A DNA stretch of 62,888 nt, the filler included, from Intoshia linei (lineage: Eukaryota; Animalia; Orthonectida), in the NCBI GenBank assembly GCA_001642005.1. It is 5 parts of 5 records of this genome, joined end to end, with 100 filler letters (N's around TTAATTAATTAA, not from the genome) between each part and the next. Parts side by side here need not be neighbours in the genome. Positions count along the whole stretch, not along the records: positions 35,575 to 56,941 come from LWCA01000656.1; 4 more parts are not named here. One strand, 5' to 3'. Below the pieces are notes generated by a model that worked only from the letters and a program-made list of their open reading frames with translations, was not told where the DNA came from and did not search any database. The position numbers were made by a program, and so were the translations under genes. Below are positions 41,155 through 53,292 of this stretch, piece after piece. The first letter of the stretch is position 1, and each line of letters begins with the position of its first letter.

Positions 41155-41546
41155 TTACTTTTTAAGATATTTCCAATAATCATAACTTATCCAAGGAGCA
41201 TTCTAAAACATATATAAAAATTTCAATAATCAAACTTTCACAATTTTTCTGTTAATTGACCTCTAAAAGCCTCTTATTAAATTAAAAAAAATTTATAAAT
41301 ACCTTTGGAATCAAAAACCTCTAAAAATAATGAATTCAATAATATTACATTTTACCTTTGGAAACAGGTACCTCTATGAAAAAATGAATTAAAAGGTAAA
41401 AATATTTATGAAAATGTACCTTTTGTATATCCTCCAAATCATCATTGTTTATACTCGAAGCCCTAAAGGTTTATAACAATAAACAAATAATATTACATGT
41501 TTAACATTACTATCGTAAATAGTATCAAGATTAAGCAAAATTTCAT
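41155..41546 (-). CDS. Putative neuropeptide precursor built from microexons (67 aa)
   Basis: Six exons with GT-AG introns of 33-46 nt give MKFCLILILFTIVMLNMASSINNDDLEDIQKRYLFPKRFLIPKRSINRKIVKNAPWISYDYWKYLKK*: signal peptide, acidic spacer, three KR sites. Confidence 0.7.
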
Positions 41547-42504
41547 CTTTAAATTTAAACGTTGAAATAAAAATGATGTATAAAAGTATTTAAAAATAGA
41601 CTGAAAAATCTAGATTTAAATAACACTTGTGTTGATAAAATGGATATGAAATTAACGAAAAAATTTTAAAATGCAATATATTTTATAATTACTTGAGTGG
41701 TTAATAAATGGATTCAAATGTAATTTTGAAAATTGTATGTTATTGTCACAATTTGGTCGATAATTATTATTTTAAACTTAATTAGTACGTTTTATTTATA
41801 AATATTTGTATTGATTTATAAAACAATGCTGTTAAATGACAAAAATTACATTTAAAATGCGTTTGTAATGTTCTCAAGTATGCTTTGATAAACACTGCAT
41901 ATTATTTATAGAAAGTGAAATGATTTTGTTTTAACAAATGATTTTATTGATTTTTACATTTACGTCTTATATTAAGAATTTTTACAAGATATATTGTAAC
42001 ATTATAAATTTTAACGAGTCAAATTTACAATTGTAGTAGTTTTATTATATACAATTTATAATGTATTCTTTTTATATTTTATTTTTTATATATGTATTTT
42101 ATATTTTTATCAATAATCTGGAATAAATCAAATTCTATTGCAATTGAACAGAACTGTATACCAAACATTTTAAAATACAGAATGGCACGTTAATTTACTT
42201 GCATTAAATATAAATCAGATAAATATTAGAATTTTAATGGAATATAATTATAATTAACTCACATGATACATTTAACAGAGAAAAACGTTAAATCATTAAA
42301 ATTAATGCAACGTGTCAGATTTTGAAAAGTATCTTAACATATTTTAATGGATAAAAAAATATTTAAGATTTATCATTACATTGTTTATTATCTATACATT
42401 TATTTATACTCAAGTTAAATATATATTTTAATTTATATAAGTTAGGATTTAATTAAAAATGTATGTGTTTGTTCTAGTAAATATATAAATTCAAACCTCA
42501 TAGT

Positions 42505-42881
42505 TCATAAACGCAACTCGAATAGACAGCGTTAAATGTTTTTGATTGCGAATTAGTTTTTCTATTTTAAAAATACACACTTTTAGTGCTAATTGCCCAT
42601 GGAATTCTAAAATTTTTGAAAAAATGTGACACCCTAATACACACATTCTGTCTAATATGTTAAAAAATGGGATAACAATTTTTTTAAATTCTTTACACAA
42701 ATGTTAACAAAATAATGTTAACTAATAAGAATAATTCACTTTAAATTAAAATGTAATGTGATATGACGGAACCACTCCTTCAAATGATTGATAATAGTGA
42801 AAACTAGCATGTTTAGGTTAAAATTTCTTATTGAATTTATTTTACTGGTAGAATAAAAATGTCCGCCCTCGGCAGAGCTAG
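42505..42881 (+). mobile_element. Non-autonomous Helitron-like repeat copy
   Basis: Inverted match to ~62040-62590 (AAACGCAACTCGAATAGACAGCGTTAAAT...GCCCTCGGCAGAGCTAG). Confidence 0.65.
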
Positions 42882-43299
42882 AATTGTAATAGTATTGAAT
42901 TTAAAAAAAATCAAAATATTGTGTCTTTTTTGGATTTTTATGGCTTTGCAAAATAAAATTCTCAGATTTAATTTTAATAAAATCTAAAACAAATGAATTG
43001 TCAAGATATTCAATGAAATGGCAATTTATTTGTAGTTCGGATTCATGTTTAAATTTAATTTTTCTCAAAACTCCGCATTCCCTTCGTGTTGGATACATTG
43101 TGTATTGTAAATATATTATACTAAGTTGATTGTTATGTACTACGTACAAACAGCCCCTAGCTCTGCCGAAACATTTTTATTTTACCAAAAAAATAAATTC
43201 ACGTTGGAAATCTAATTTAAAAATACCAATTATGTATCAATAATTAACGGAATCAGCATATTTTAGGTGAATTTAATTAATATTGCAAAGGATTATAAT

Positions 43300-44039
43300 T
43301 AGGGCAGTTTTTTATGGCAAAATACTATTTTTTATATGATAATCAGCACGAAATTACAAGCATCATGATATCAATATTATATTTATTAATTAGCTAATTA
43401 ACAATTTATAAAGTCAATAAATGCCATTAAATGCCATAAAGTCAATATTTTTTTTAAAGGATATTCGACTTAAAAAAATGATATTCATGATATAATGAAC
43501 AATAAAATTGAACAAATACCACCTTATCTATACAATTTATTAAGAAAAGCGCCATCTACCACAAATAGTGTTGGACGTAGTTTCAGTTTGTTAAAAAAAT
43601 TGCTAACTAAACAGGCAATTTTTACCAGATAATGTTAAGAAGTATATTATGTTATACTACAATAAACTTTAATAATTTTCAACATCTCTAACATCACACA
43701 ATAAGAATTACATCGTTTGTTTCATTTGCAGTTTTTTATTATTCATATATATTATTACACGCATAAATATTGTTTATTTTAAGTTTTATTCATATTAATT
43801 TATTATGTAAAGTGACCGACACCATCATGATCGGGGCCTATGCGAATATTAAAATTAAGGTGTTTTAAATATTGTATTGATTTAATTTAAGGCCTACGAA
43901 AAGAAGGTTTGGGGAACGGTAGATTCAGTTGGTATTAACCATATAAACAAACAAGGATTTTAAAATCAGATAAAGTCAGTAAATTTAATTTTTAGGTCAG
44001 TTTTTTTGTTATTCTATAGGTCAATAAAAAATTGCCATA
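43300..44039 (+). mobile_element. hAT deletion derivative retaining a dimerization-domain remnant
   Basis: Ends TAGGGCAGTTTTTTAT...ATAAAAAATTGCCATA; internal APSTTNSVGRSFSLLKKLL. Confidence 0.6.
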
Positions 44040-44559
44040 ATTTGATATATATAAAAATGATAATAACAAAGTTGTATTAATTTGTTGTTATAGTTTTAAT
44101 TTAAATTTTAAACAAATTGTTTTAAAAATGATAATTTATAAAAAATACACATTCTAATATAAAAATTTTAAATTCATCAATATTATGATAATTTTCAATT
44201 TCAAAATCTTATATCTTCACGGCTTAAAACCACAAATTTATATAAAAATGAAAAAAGTTTTAAAATTTTAAAAAAAATTCAGAAGATACAATAAGATAAG
44301 TTACATTCTGTTAACACAAACAAAAAATATCAATATGAAAAAGTGATGCCTTGATGGTCATAAAAGCACTTTAATATTCATTTTTTTTATTAATTAATGT
44401 AAATAATTTAAAATAAAGAATTTATAATTTAATTTTTGAAAATATTTTATTAAAACAAAAAATGTAAATTAATTAACTGTCCAAAAATTAAAAAAAGATT
44501 ATTCTGATACAGCTTATTCCAGTTGATATAAATACAAAATTTGAACCCCAGAAATCTAC

Positions 44560-46050
44560 TCATTCCCAGTAAAAAATAATTTTTAATATATTGGAGTTAT
44601 TTAAAATTAGCCAACATCACAAATGTAATTGGGAGCAGTGATGTAGATTCATTTCTGTGGTGTGCCATCGGCCAAGTGTTAACATTTCAGAAAAAAGAAA
44701 TTAACATTTTATATCCATTTCTAAGGATGATTTACTGTACTTATATTTTAAGGTGGTTTTGTTAACTTTAATTTTTTTAAAAACTATTGAAATGAATATT
44801 TTCTGTACAGGGCTGGGGAAAAGTTTTGTAGACGATATATTTTATAATTAGATGAAAACCCAGAGGCAAACATTGAATACCAAAAATCATATGACAATAA
44901 TGAAACCAATAACCAAAAAAAAAAATGAAATCTAAAATATGTAATATTGATACGGACAAAGAGTGTATCCAGTCTTCTAATAAAGTTGAAGATGTAAATT
45001 ATGTCAATTTAGAGTCTGAATTTCAGACATGTATAATTATTAACAATAACCTTATTTAGATAAATACCAACGATCTTTGTGTATCAACAAAAAAAAATAC
45101 TGATGAGATGTATATAATTTCATACATAGAAAATGTTAATTTCGCGTATTAAATACTGGTATACATACATAGTGACTACATATTACTGTCACTTATTAAT
45201 TAAGAATAAATAAAGTTATGAATCAATACATTTAATATTTTAAATATCTAAATTAACGATAAAATGGATAAATCAAGCCTAGAAGGTAATTTAAAAAATA
45301 TACATACATAATAATGAACACTGCAGAATCTCCAGTGGAGATATTAAATTTGTTATATTATATCGATATTAACACTATATAATAATAGTTAATAGGGATA
45401 AGCCGCATCAGAATATCAAATATTTTCCCTAGGCGATAGCTATCGCAGACTGTATACTTATGTAAAAAATGTTTATGCAAGTATAAGTCCAAAAAGTTAT
45501 TTGATATAAATTTTGTCAAAATTTTCAATCATTCAATTTTTTTGAGGTGGGGTTATCTAAAAAAATAATCACCATCACAAAAGTAGCTGGAAAACTGATT
45601 TAGATTCATTTCTGTGGTGTGCCTTAGGTCAAGACTCTTGACTCAAGAGTTAAAATTTCAGAAAAAGCCGAATTAATATTTTTAATCTGTTTCTAAGGGT
45701 GATTGAAATAATTATACTTTGAAGGTTATACAGTATTTGAAGGTGGTTTTATTATCTTTAATTTTAAAGAATAATTTAATTTTTAAAGAACATTTAGCAT
45801 GTAAATTAATATGTTCTTCCTGGAATGGCTGTATTTTCTTTACAGGGTTGGGCAAAAGTTTACTAACGATATATTATATAATTAGATGCCAAACCTGAAA
45901 AAACTAACGAAAAGGGAGAGTCGAAAATTACATAAGAATAATCAGAAAACTATACAAATAATAAAACCAATCATATCTAAGAAAAAAATAAAATCTAAAA
46001 TAGGTAATATGGGCAAAGAGCTTATCCAATCTTTTAACAACGTTCTAGAT
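44560..46050 (+). repeat. Diverged ~450-bp direct duplication with coding character
   Basis: Blocks ~44560-44995 and ~45540-46050 share TAGATTCATTTCTGTGGTGTGCC, ATTTCAGAAAAA, TACAGGG(C/T)TGGG and AAATCTAAAATA in the same order. Confidence 0.8.
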
Positions 46051-46427
46051 CAGCGGTTCCCAAATGGTAGTACTGTGACCCCTAAGGGGTACCAGAAATA
46101 ATTTTGGTATACTAGCTCGTTTGATACTATGACTCATAAATTATGGATATTTTTTAAATTACCAAAAATAATAGAAAATTAACATTAATTTGTAATAATA
46201 TATGTAATTATTTATGTATTTACGTCTATTTGATTTTATTATTTAATGTCTGCGATTTTAAGGTTGCATATTAAATATATGTACCTCTATTTCGTCAGTT
46301 CAATTATTAACGATTTTTCAGATATCCATTTTTGGCAAAGTAGAGTTTTAAAAGTTAAATAAATTTTTAATTGATACGGTATCATAGTTACCCTAAATTT
46401 AAATTATTTCATTGCTATTATATTTTA

Positions 46428-46600
46428 CTAGCTTGGCTGGTTTGTACTATGTACAAACAGCACCTAGCTCTGCCGAGGCGGACATTTTAATTGTAACATT
46501 AAAAATGAAATCTATTATGGTTCAAATCACTTTTACTAATCAATTAAAATAAGACTACCAAAAATGTATTACCGTACATCATATAATTGTTATTTATTTT
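46428..46600 (-). mobile_element. Helitron-like 3' terminus
   Basis: Minus strand: hairpin GCTGTTTGTAC-ATA-GTACAAACCAGC, then CAAG-CTAG and a host T. Confidence 0.6.
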
Positions 46601-48929
46601 TTTCCAGGTGATGATAATAATTAAATTAACTATTTAAAAACATTTTGGCGTTTTTTCTTGTGAATGTTGCTTTTCTTTTTGGCATTATATTTTAAATTTC
46701 AAAAATGAGTAAAAAAATAACGTTTTAATAAAATAACCCAGGGCTAATGTTCATAATTTATGGGGCGCTGCATCCAATATTATTAGAAATTGCAACGGTT
46801 ATTTTGGATATTGTTGACAAAAAATTTTTTGCATTATGGCGAAGTCAGCCTTCAAAATGTCTTTATCCAATGATGTGTTCTGATTGTGTTTTTCATTATC
46901 TTACATGATTGAAAGTGGATAAATTTACATTTAAATAATTTACAAATAACTTTTACATGGATTCAGTTCTGTAAAAAACAAAACATTGAGTAAAGATAGA
47001 ACAAAATTAATATATCAGAGGAAATATTGTTATTAAAACCAGCATAAAACCAAGAATTAAGTAGTTGCAACTCAATCACCAGACGCAAGGATTACCTGGA
47101 AATAAATAAAAACTATTTACCTTTTTTCCATTATTATTGATTCTATAAAAATTACAGTTCATTTTATCATAGAGGCTTAGTTGATTTAGAAATTTATGAA
47201 TTATGGGGCGATGGTTTAAAACGGTTTAAAATCACTGATGTAGATAATACTGAACACTATAATAATATCCCATGTTTTTATATATTTTGTAGTTAAAAAA
47301 ATTTGGACATTTTTTTAAAATCTATAGAGTAATTATTGAGATATTTTAGTTTTAATTATAATTAAAAATTTATTGATATTAAATCATTAATTTAAAAAAA
47401 AACGCGATAAAAATCACTGTAATTTTTAATGTAATAGTTTATGGTTCTCAAAATAATATAGAACATTTCCAGATCGTCTTCAAAAAGTTAGTTTTTTGGA
47501 TATTTCTGCCAAAATTTTTATATATTAATTTTCATATTGTATATCCTTTACTAACATATATGAAATAAAAATATTTAAATATATATAAAAAAATAGATTT
47601 AAAGTTTTTGAAAACAAAATTCCTCCGAATTATGTCCGTAACTACAATATATAAATGTCTATAATTTTCAAATAATTTATTTATTACACCACTCTTCAGT
47701 TTCTGATGAAAATTAGTTAGATCGTCGTAAAAATTTCGTAATGACTGATGATTATTCGTGATAGCAACGAATTATCCTAACAACACCGGTATTTATAATT
47801 TTATGACATGTCATATTGAATTTTGTGTGTAATTCGCTTATTCATCCATTGGTATTGGAATCATTATTCAGTATGTATTATTTTTGTAATGATTAGAATA
47901 TAGTGGTGGCTCTCAAAAGTGACTATTCATAAAAATGTTGTTTTTATAATTTTTAGAGTAAAATGAAATCAAAATAAACTGGAAATTGAATAATATTATT
48001 TCAAATCTAGGTTATATGGATTAGACCACATAACAATAAAAAAGGATTTTAAATTACTTTAAGAGACTAAAATGTAGGCAAACACTTATTATAAAATTTT
48101 ATTTAGATATGTATCAATTAATATTAAAGTCTATTGGTCAAGAAATTGTAAACTATTTAAAATCATTTTGCCCTAATTAAGTAATCTTTCGTAAAACGCA
48201 TCGTTTGAGAGGGACCACTGTGTTTGTGCTAAATAAAAATAAATTTGTGTCTCATCTTCATAAATTTCCTATAAATTGATAATAGAAGACGCCTCATAAT
48301 ATGACCCTACAATATGCCATTTGAACGGCCATATAATGAATGAATAACAATTTGTATTTAGATAAAATATTATATACGACTACTGGGTTTGTATTTGTAG
48401 GGCATAATATAAACCAGTAAGTTATGGATCAAATTTTTGTTTGATTGAAATATTTTCAATTTGCCAATGTTGTATTGTCTGTTAAATATATAAAGTTTGC
48501 AAATAAAAATATTTTAAAAGTTCATTTCAAAATGAATTATAATTTTACATTTAATCGTAAATAATATACATAATGTATGTTATAATACAAACAAAACACA
48601 TCATTAGGAATACTATATTCGAAGTTGTATAATGGTTTCAATAATTGTAGCATCAATAATTGCCTACATTACATGTTTAAAACAAAAAATAAATTGGTAA
48701 TACATGTATAAAGAGATACCAAGAAGTCAAAAACATTAAAACCCAAAATAAAAAGAAAATTAAAAAAGTTATTCACATTTGCCGGAGAATTGTACTTTGG
48801 TTACCCAAAATCAGATAATTAAATTATCTAAAAGGGGTTAATTGAAAAGCTTCCTTCCACGTGTAAGAAATTATTTTAAAATCAAATTTAAATTGAACGG
48901 ACAAATCAAAGGCTGATATGAAAAAATAC

Positions 48930-51900
48930 CAGTCTATTTTCCTGACAAACTTGTTTGATATTTTTGGTTTCAGCTATCAATAAATAACATAGGTTTTTGA
49001 GAGAATCGAACAAATCAGTAACAAGTTCACACGAAAATCCAGATATACATTCTTTATACTTGTCTACATCACACAAAAGAACCAAACCACCTAAACACAC
49101 ATTTTATAAGAAAAACGAACATTACCACTGACTGTATACTTGAATTGGCAAATATGTTCAAATATAATAGCGTGAAACGCTCTACCAAATTCTGTATAAA
49201 TTTCATAAATATTTTGACCATCAAAATTTTCCCTCAATAGAGACACCACTTGATGAAAAAAATTGAAAACCTGGCTACTTGTCTAAAAAGTTGAAAACGA
49301 ATATGTAAAATGAAATACCTTTGTGCACTCAATATTAACATGATCCTTCTCGCTAATAATAAAATCAGATTTTTTTTGAAAACTGTAAAGAATATTGCGT
49401 ATAGTTTTAACGGAAGATTTGATAAATAATCCTAGACCTTCATTAATTAAAAATTCCATTCGTGATATGAAATCTTCATTATATTCAATAACTTCAGAAA
49501 CACACTTTGAACCAATTCCTTCCTTAATGTTTGGTAAAAAAGCTGCCTTCATATTATTATCATAGAGAGAATACACTTCAATCACGTTTTGAACAGTTCT
49601 AAAAAACTCTAAATCGGAGACATTGCAATTTTTTATTGGGAAACTTGCAGGAATATAACCAACAACACTTTCCAAAGCGTAAAGTATGTGTTCATCTCCA
49701 ATACTAATAATTAAAAATTTGAGAATCTTCGAAACTTGTTCGTAATGTTGAACAGATCCATAAATTAAGATATCATTTGATCTGGTCATGGCTGGTTTGA
49801 CTAAATTTATAATTCCTACTACCACATCCACGGAAACTAGCATCTGATTACTACTTCTTCGTCTTAAATTTGATCGTAACATTGACTGAACACCCTTTTT
49901 ATTTTGAAAACTGATATCTCTGCGATGGTTCACTGTATCGTAATATTCCATCAACATTTTACTGACTTCCCTTCGAATGAAGTCCATTTCTTGGCTAAAT
50001 TATTTCAATGTACACCATATGTCTAAATTTTAAATCAGTGCGACCAAACTTTTTTAGTTGCAGACAGATAACCTCGAAGTAAATAAAATACAAGTCTCAT
50101 TGTCAATTTCGATTTGTCACACCTATATCTGGCAAAGGTAGATGATTCACATTAAAATTATAAAAATATGACCAATATTACTATTATTAACACCTAGTGC
50201 CGAACCTACCATACCCGAAACAGCTATTCAGGGAGGTATTGACGAAATTTTTGTAAAATTTGGTATTCAATAATGTAATTTTTAATTATCATAACTATTT
50301 TGTGGACTATTTAAACCAGGGATTCTCAACCTTTTATTGAATTATCGCAAATCAAATTAAAAAAATTATATTTTTTCAAAATTATCGCCCTTCCAAAAGA
50401 GTTTATCATGGGTTCCTTAATAATTAAAAACTAGCAAAAAATGTTTAAACTAGTACTTTAGTGCATTAAAATAATTTATGATACAGTATATTTAACCGAA
50501 TTTTTAAAATTAGTTTTAACAAATTGCTTGCTTGTTAATTTGACTTACTTTTTCTTTACTTTTTTTTTTGCTTTGAAAAATCATTTTGGCCAACTGTCAG
50601 TGACACAGGAGGCTAATCGGTGAAAACCCATAACAAATATACTCGAATGTTATATAATATACTAATTAATTTAATTTTTCATATTTAATTAACTTTGTTT
50701 CAATTTGATACGTGTTTTTATAAGTGTAATGTTGTGTGACCACTGTGGTCACACTGCGAGTATTAGGGTTAATGGAAAAATCTCCTTGTTCCAATATTTT
50801 TTTGAAAAACCATATTTTACAAAATCTTATGGCAAAAAACCTTAAATTTTTTCATAAATGTTTTATATTTCATGTTTCCTTTGGGTCCAAAAAATAAATA
50901 TACCGTACACTATTTGAACCGGGAACCACTGACTTAAACTGTATACAGTGTATAATGTATGTTAAATGGATTTAAAAATGGTCATTTACATTTAAATACT
51001 GCAAATAGAGACTACAACGAAATAAGTTTGGCTAGCCCTGATTTACACGTTATTCTAGAATAGCATGTAAATAAAAAAGTTTCAATTACTTTGAGTAGAT
51101 TTTCAGCATTTCACCAAATATCGAATGTATTAAATTACTTATTAAGTTTGGTTTTTTCGTCAAATACGTTTTGATGGTTTCTCCAATTTTAATAGATCTA
51201 TTATTAAATTATTTGAATTAATTGTTTAATGAATATAACTCTTTAAATAAACGATGTAAATTTTTCAACTTTTTTTCTAAATCATTTTCATTTGTTACAC
51301 ATTGATCCAACATGATCTATACAATTGATTATAGTTACATTCTAGCATAAGTAAGATGTTCCAAAATATTTTTTACCACGGACCACTTAAATCTAATTTC
51401 CAAGAAAAATTACCAAATACTATCATTACTCTACATTTTGCAAGATATTATTAACAAATAATATTCTACAATAAAGTCTTGAAAATTGAAAAAATAAATT
51501 TATAATTCCGAGAAATTTTTTCATTTGATAGACAAGAAACCTTAAACTCAGGATTTGCATTTTTCCGGTCAAAAACGCATTTTAATACTTCATCATCCAA
51601 AATTTTTTAATTAATATAAATTTTTGTAGGTCCGTGCAGTTTTAATTTAAATTTAAACCCACTGATATAACTCTTATGTTGTTTTTCAAAATATTTAAAA
51701 AATGGTGACCATAATTTGATCAAAGTTTTCCCTCACAAGAAATACATATTACCTGAATATTATTGAAAAGAAATTTGATTAAAAGTTCTAGTGAATCATC
51801 GTATTTCTTAAACAAAAGTTTTGCCAACTTGTAACCACTTTCACATGTATCTAAAATGCTAGAAAATTGATCTTTACCTTGTAGTTGACTTTTCTGTAAC

Positions 51901-53096
51901 ATAAAAAGGTTTTTTAATGTGTATTAAGACTTAAGTGTATGCTTTATAAAATTAACTAATGTCTAAATTCGTAATAAATCTAAAAACCTTTAAACATTCT
52001 TGAGCAAATAGTTCATACATTTTATTGTTACCCTAATACAATTGTATAAGATTTATAAATTATAATTTTATAAAAAAATAAAAATACCTTAAATTGAATA
52101 AGTAAATTAGAATATTTAAGAAGAATTTCGTGTTGGTTGGTAAACAAATAATCTTTAAAAGCTGTAGTTAATTCAGATTCAATGGTTTTGTACTTTTCTG
52201 ACTACATAATTTGAATAATTTGAAAATTAATACCATAAATAATTGACTTCGCAGGTGAGAATCTAGAGAAAAACATTAAATTCATCACAATTGGGGTAAA
52301 TCGTAAAATTTAGTTAGCAAAAATGCCAATTAACATTAATTTTACTTTCCCTAGAAAAAATAAAAAATCACATTGATTTGTCAGGTAAACCTTGAGATAT
52401 TTGATTTAATTGAATAATAATTTCCGCGGATTCAATCAACTAAAAATGAATTCAATTGATTACTAAGTGAAATATCAATCTTACATTATCTCGATTATGA
52501 CAATTTTTGAGGTATGCAACAGCTTCTAATGAATTTTTCATAATATTATCGAAAGCATGCAAAGCTTTGAGTGTTAAAATTATTTTAGTACGCGGTTTAT
52601 TGTAAAAGTTCAACTCTTCTCCCAAGTTTACAAAATTAGATGTTATTGAACAAACCCTTTCATCGAGTGGTAGAAAAGTAGAATTTGACATCTAATGACA
52701 AACTTTTTTTAAAAAAAACAAAATTACATCATTTTTTCTTTTTATAGAAGTAATTGTGTGGAAAAAATTTGTTTTGAGATTCTTAATATCCATAGACAAA
52801 GTCATAATATTTTGGTTCAAATCAGATTGTAAATTTTCAATTTTTTCTATTGACGTTCTAAATGTAGTGAGAAGATTGATTGGTTCAAATGTAAATTCGG
52901 ATTTAGTGTTTATTCTTGCATTTCCAATAGCACCATTATTGCGATCAACAACTTGTAATTTTAACAGTTTGTTTATGAAACGACTTGCATGAAATTTCTA
53001 AATAATTTCAAATAAATTTCCAACAAGATTAATCAAATAAAATCAATGTTGGCATACCCCTTTAAAACTAGATAATAAAATTTCATCATTCTGCAT
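48930..53096 (-). CDS. EXOC5: Exocyst complex component 5 (Sec10), multi-exon; last exon unresolved
   Basis: MQNDE...|KFHASRFINKL; LDERVCSITSNFVNLGEEL; QKKSDF; NFDGQN; EFGRAFH; GGLVLLCDVDKY. Confidence 0.85.
50318..50931. mobile_element. hAT-type MITE nested with others in an EXOC5 intron
   Basis: CAGGGATTCTC...GGAACCACTG; the 3' motif CCGTACAC(T/A)ATTTGAA is shared with ~12585 and ~39997. Confidence 0.6.
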
Positions 53097-53292
53097 TAGA
53101 CTTTAATATGTAAATAAAGCATAAGTTTATTCACATCTCATCAGTCATCTCAACGCAGTTTAAATTTATTTGATTCAAATTTTCCATTGACAGTGAATTA
53201 TAAATAAATTGATATATTTGAAATCATTCGGATGAAAAATTTTATAAAAAAATAATGTAGCCAGGCAGTCATAAATATAAGGTGGATATAAG

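Noticed and set aside
42491-43149. ORFs of 69 and 82 aa
   Set aside because: They overlap Helitron-like repeat copies and show no protein signature
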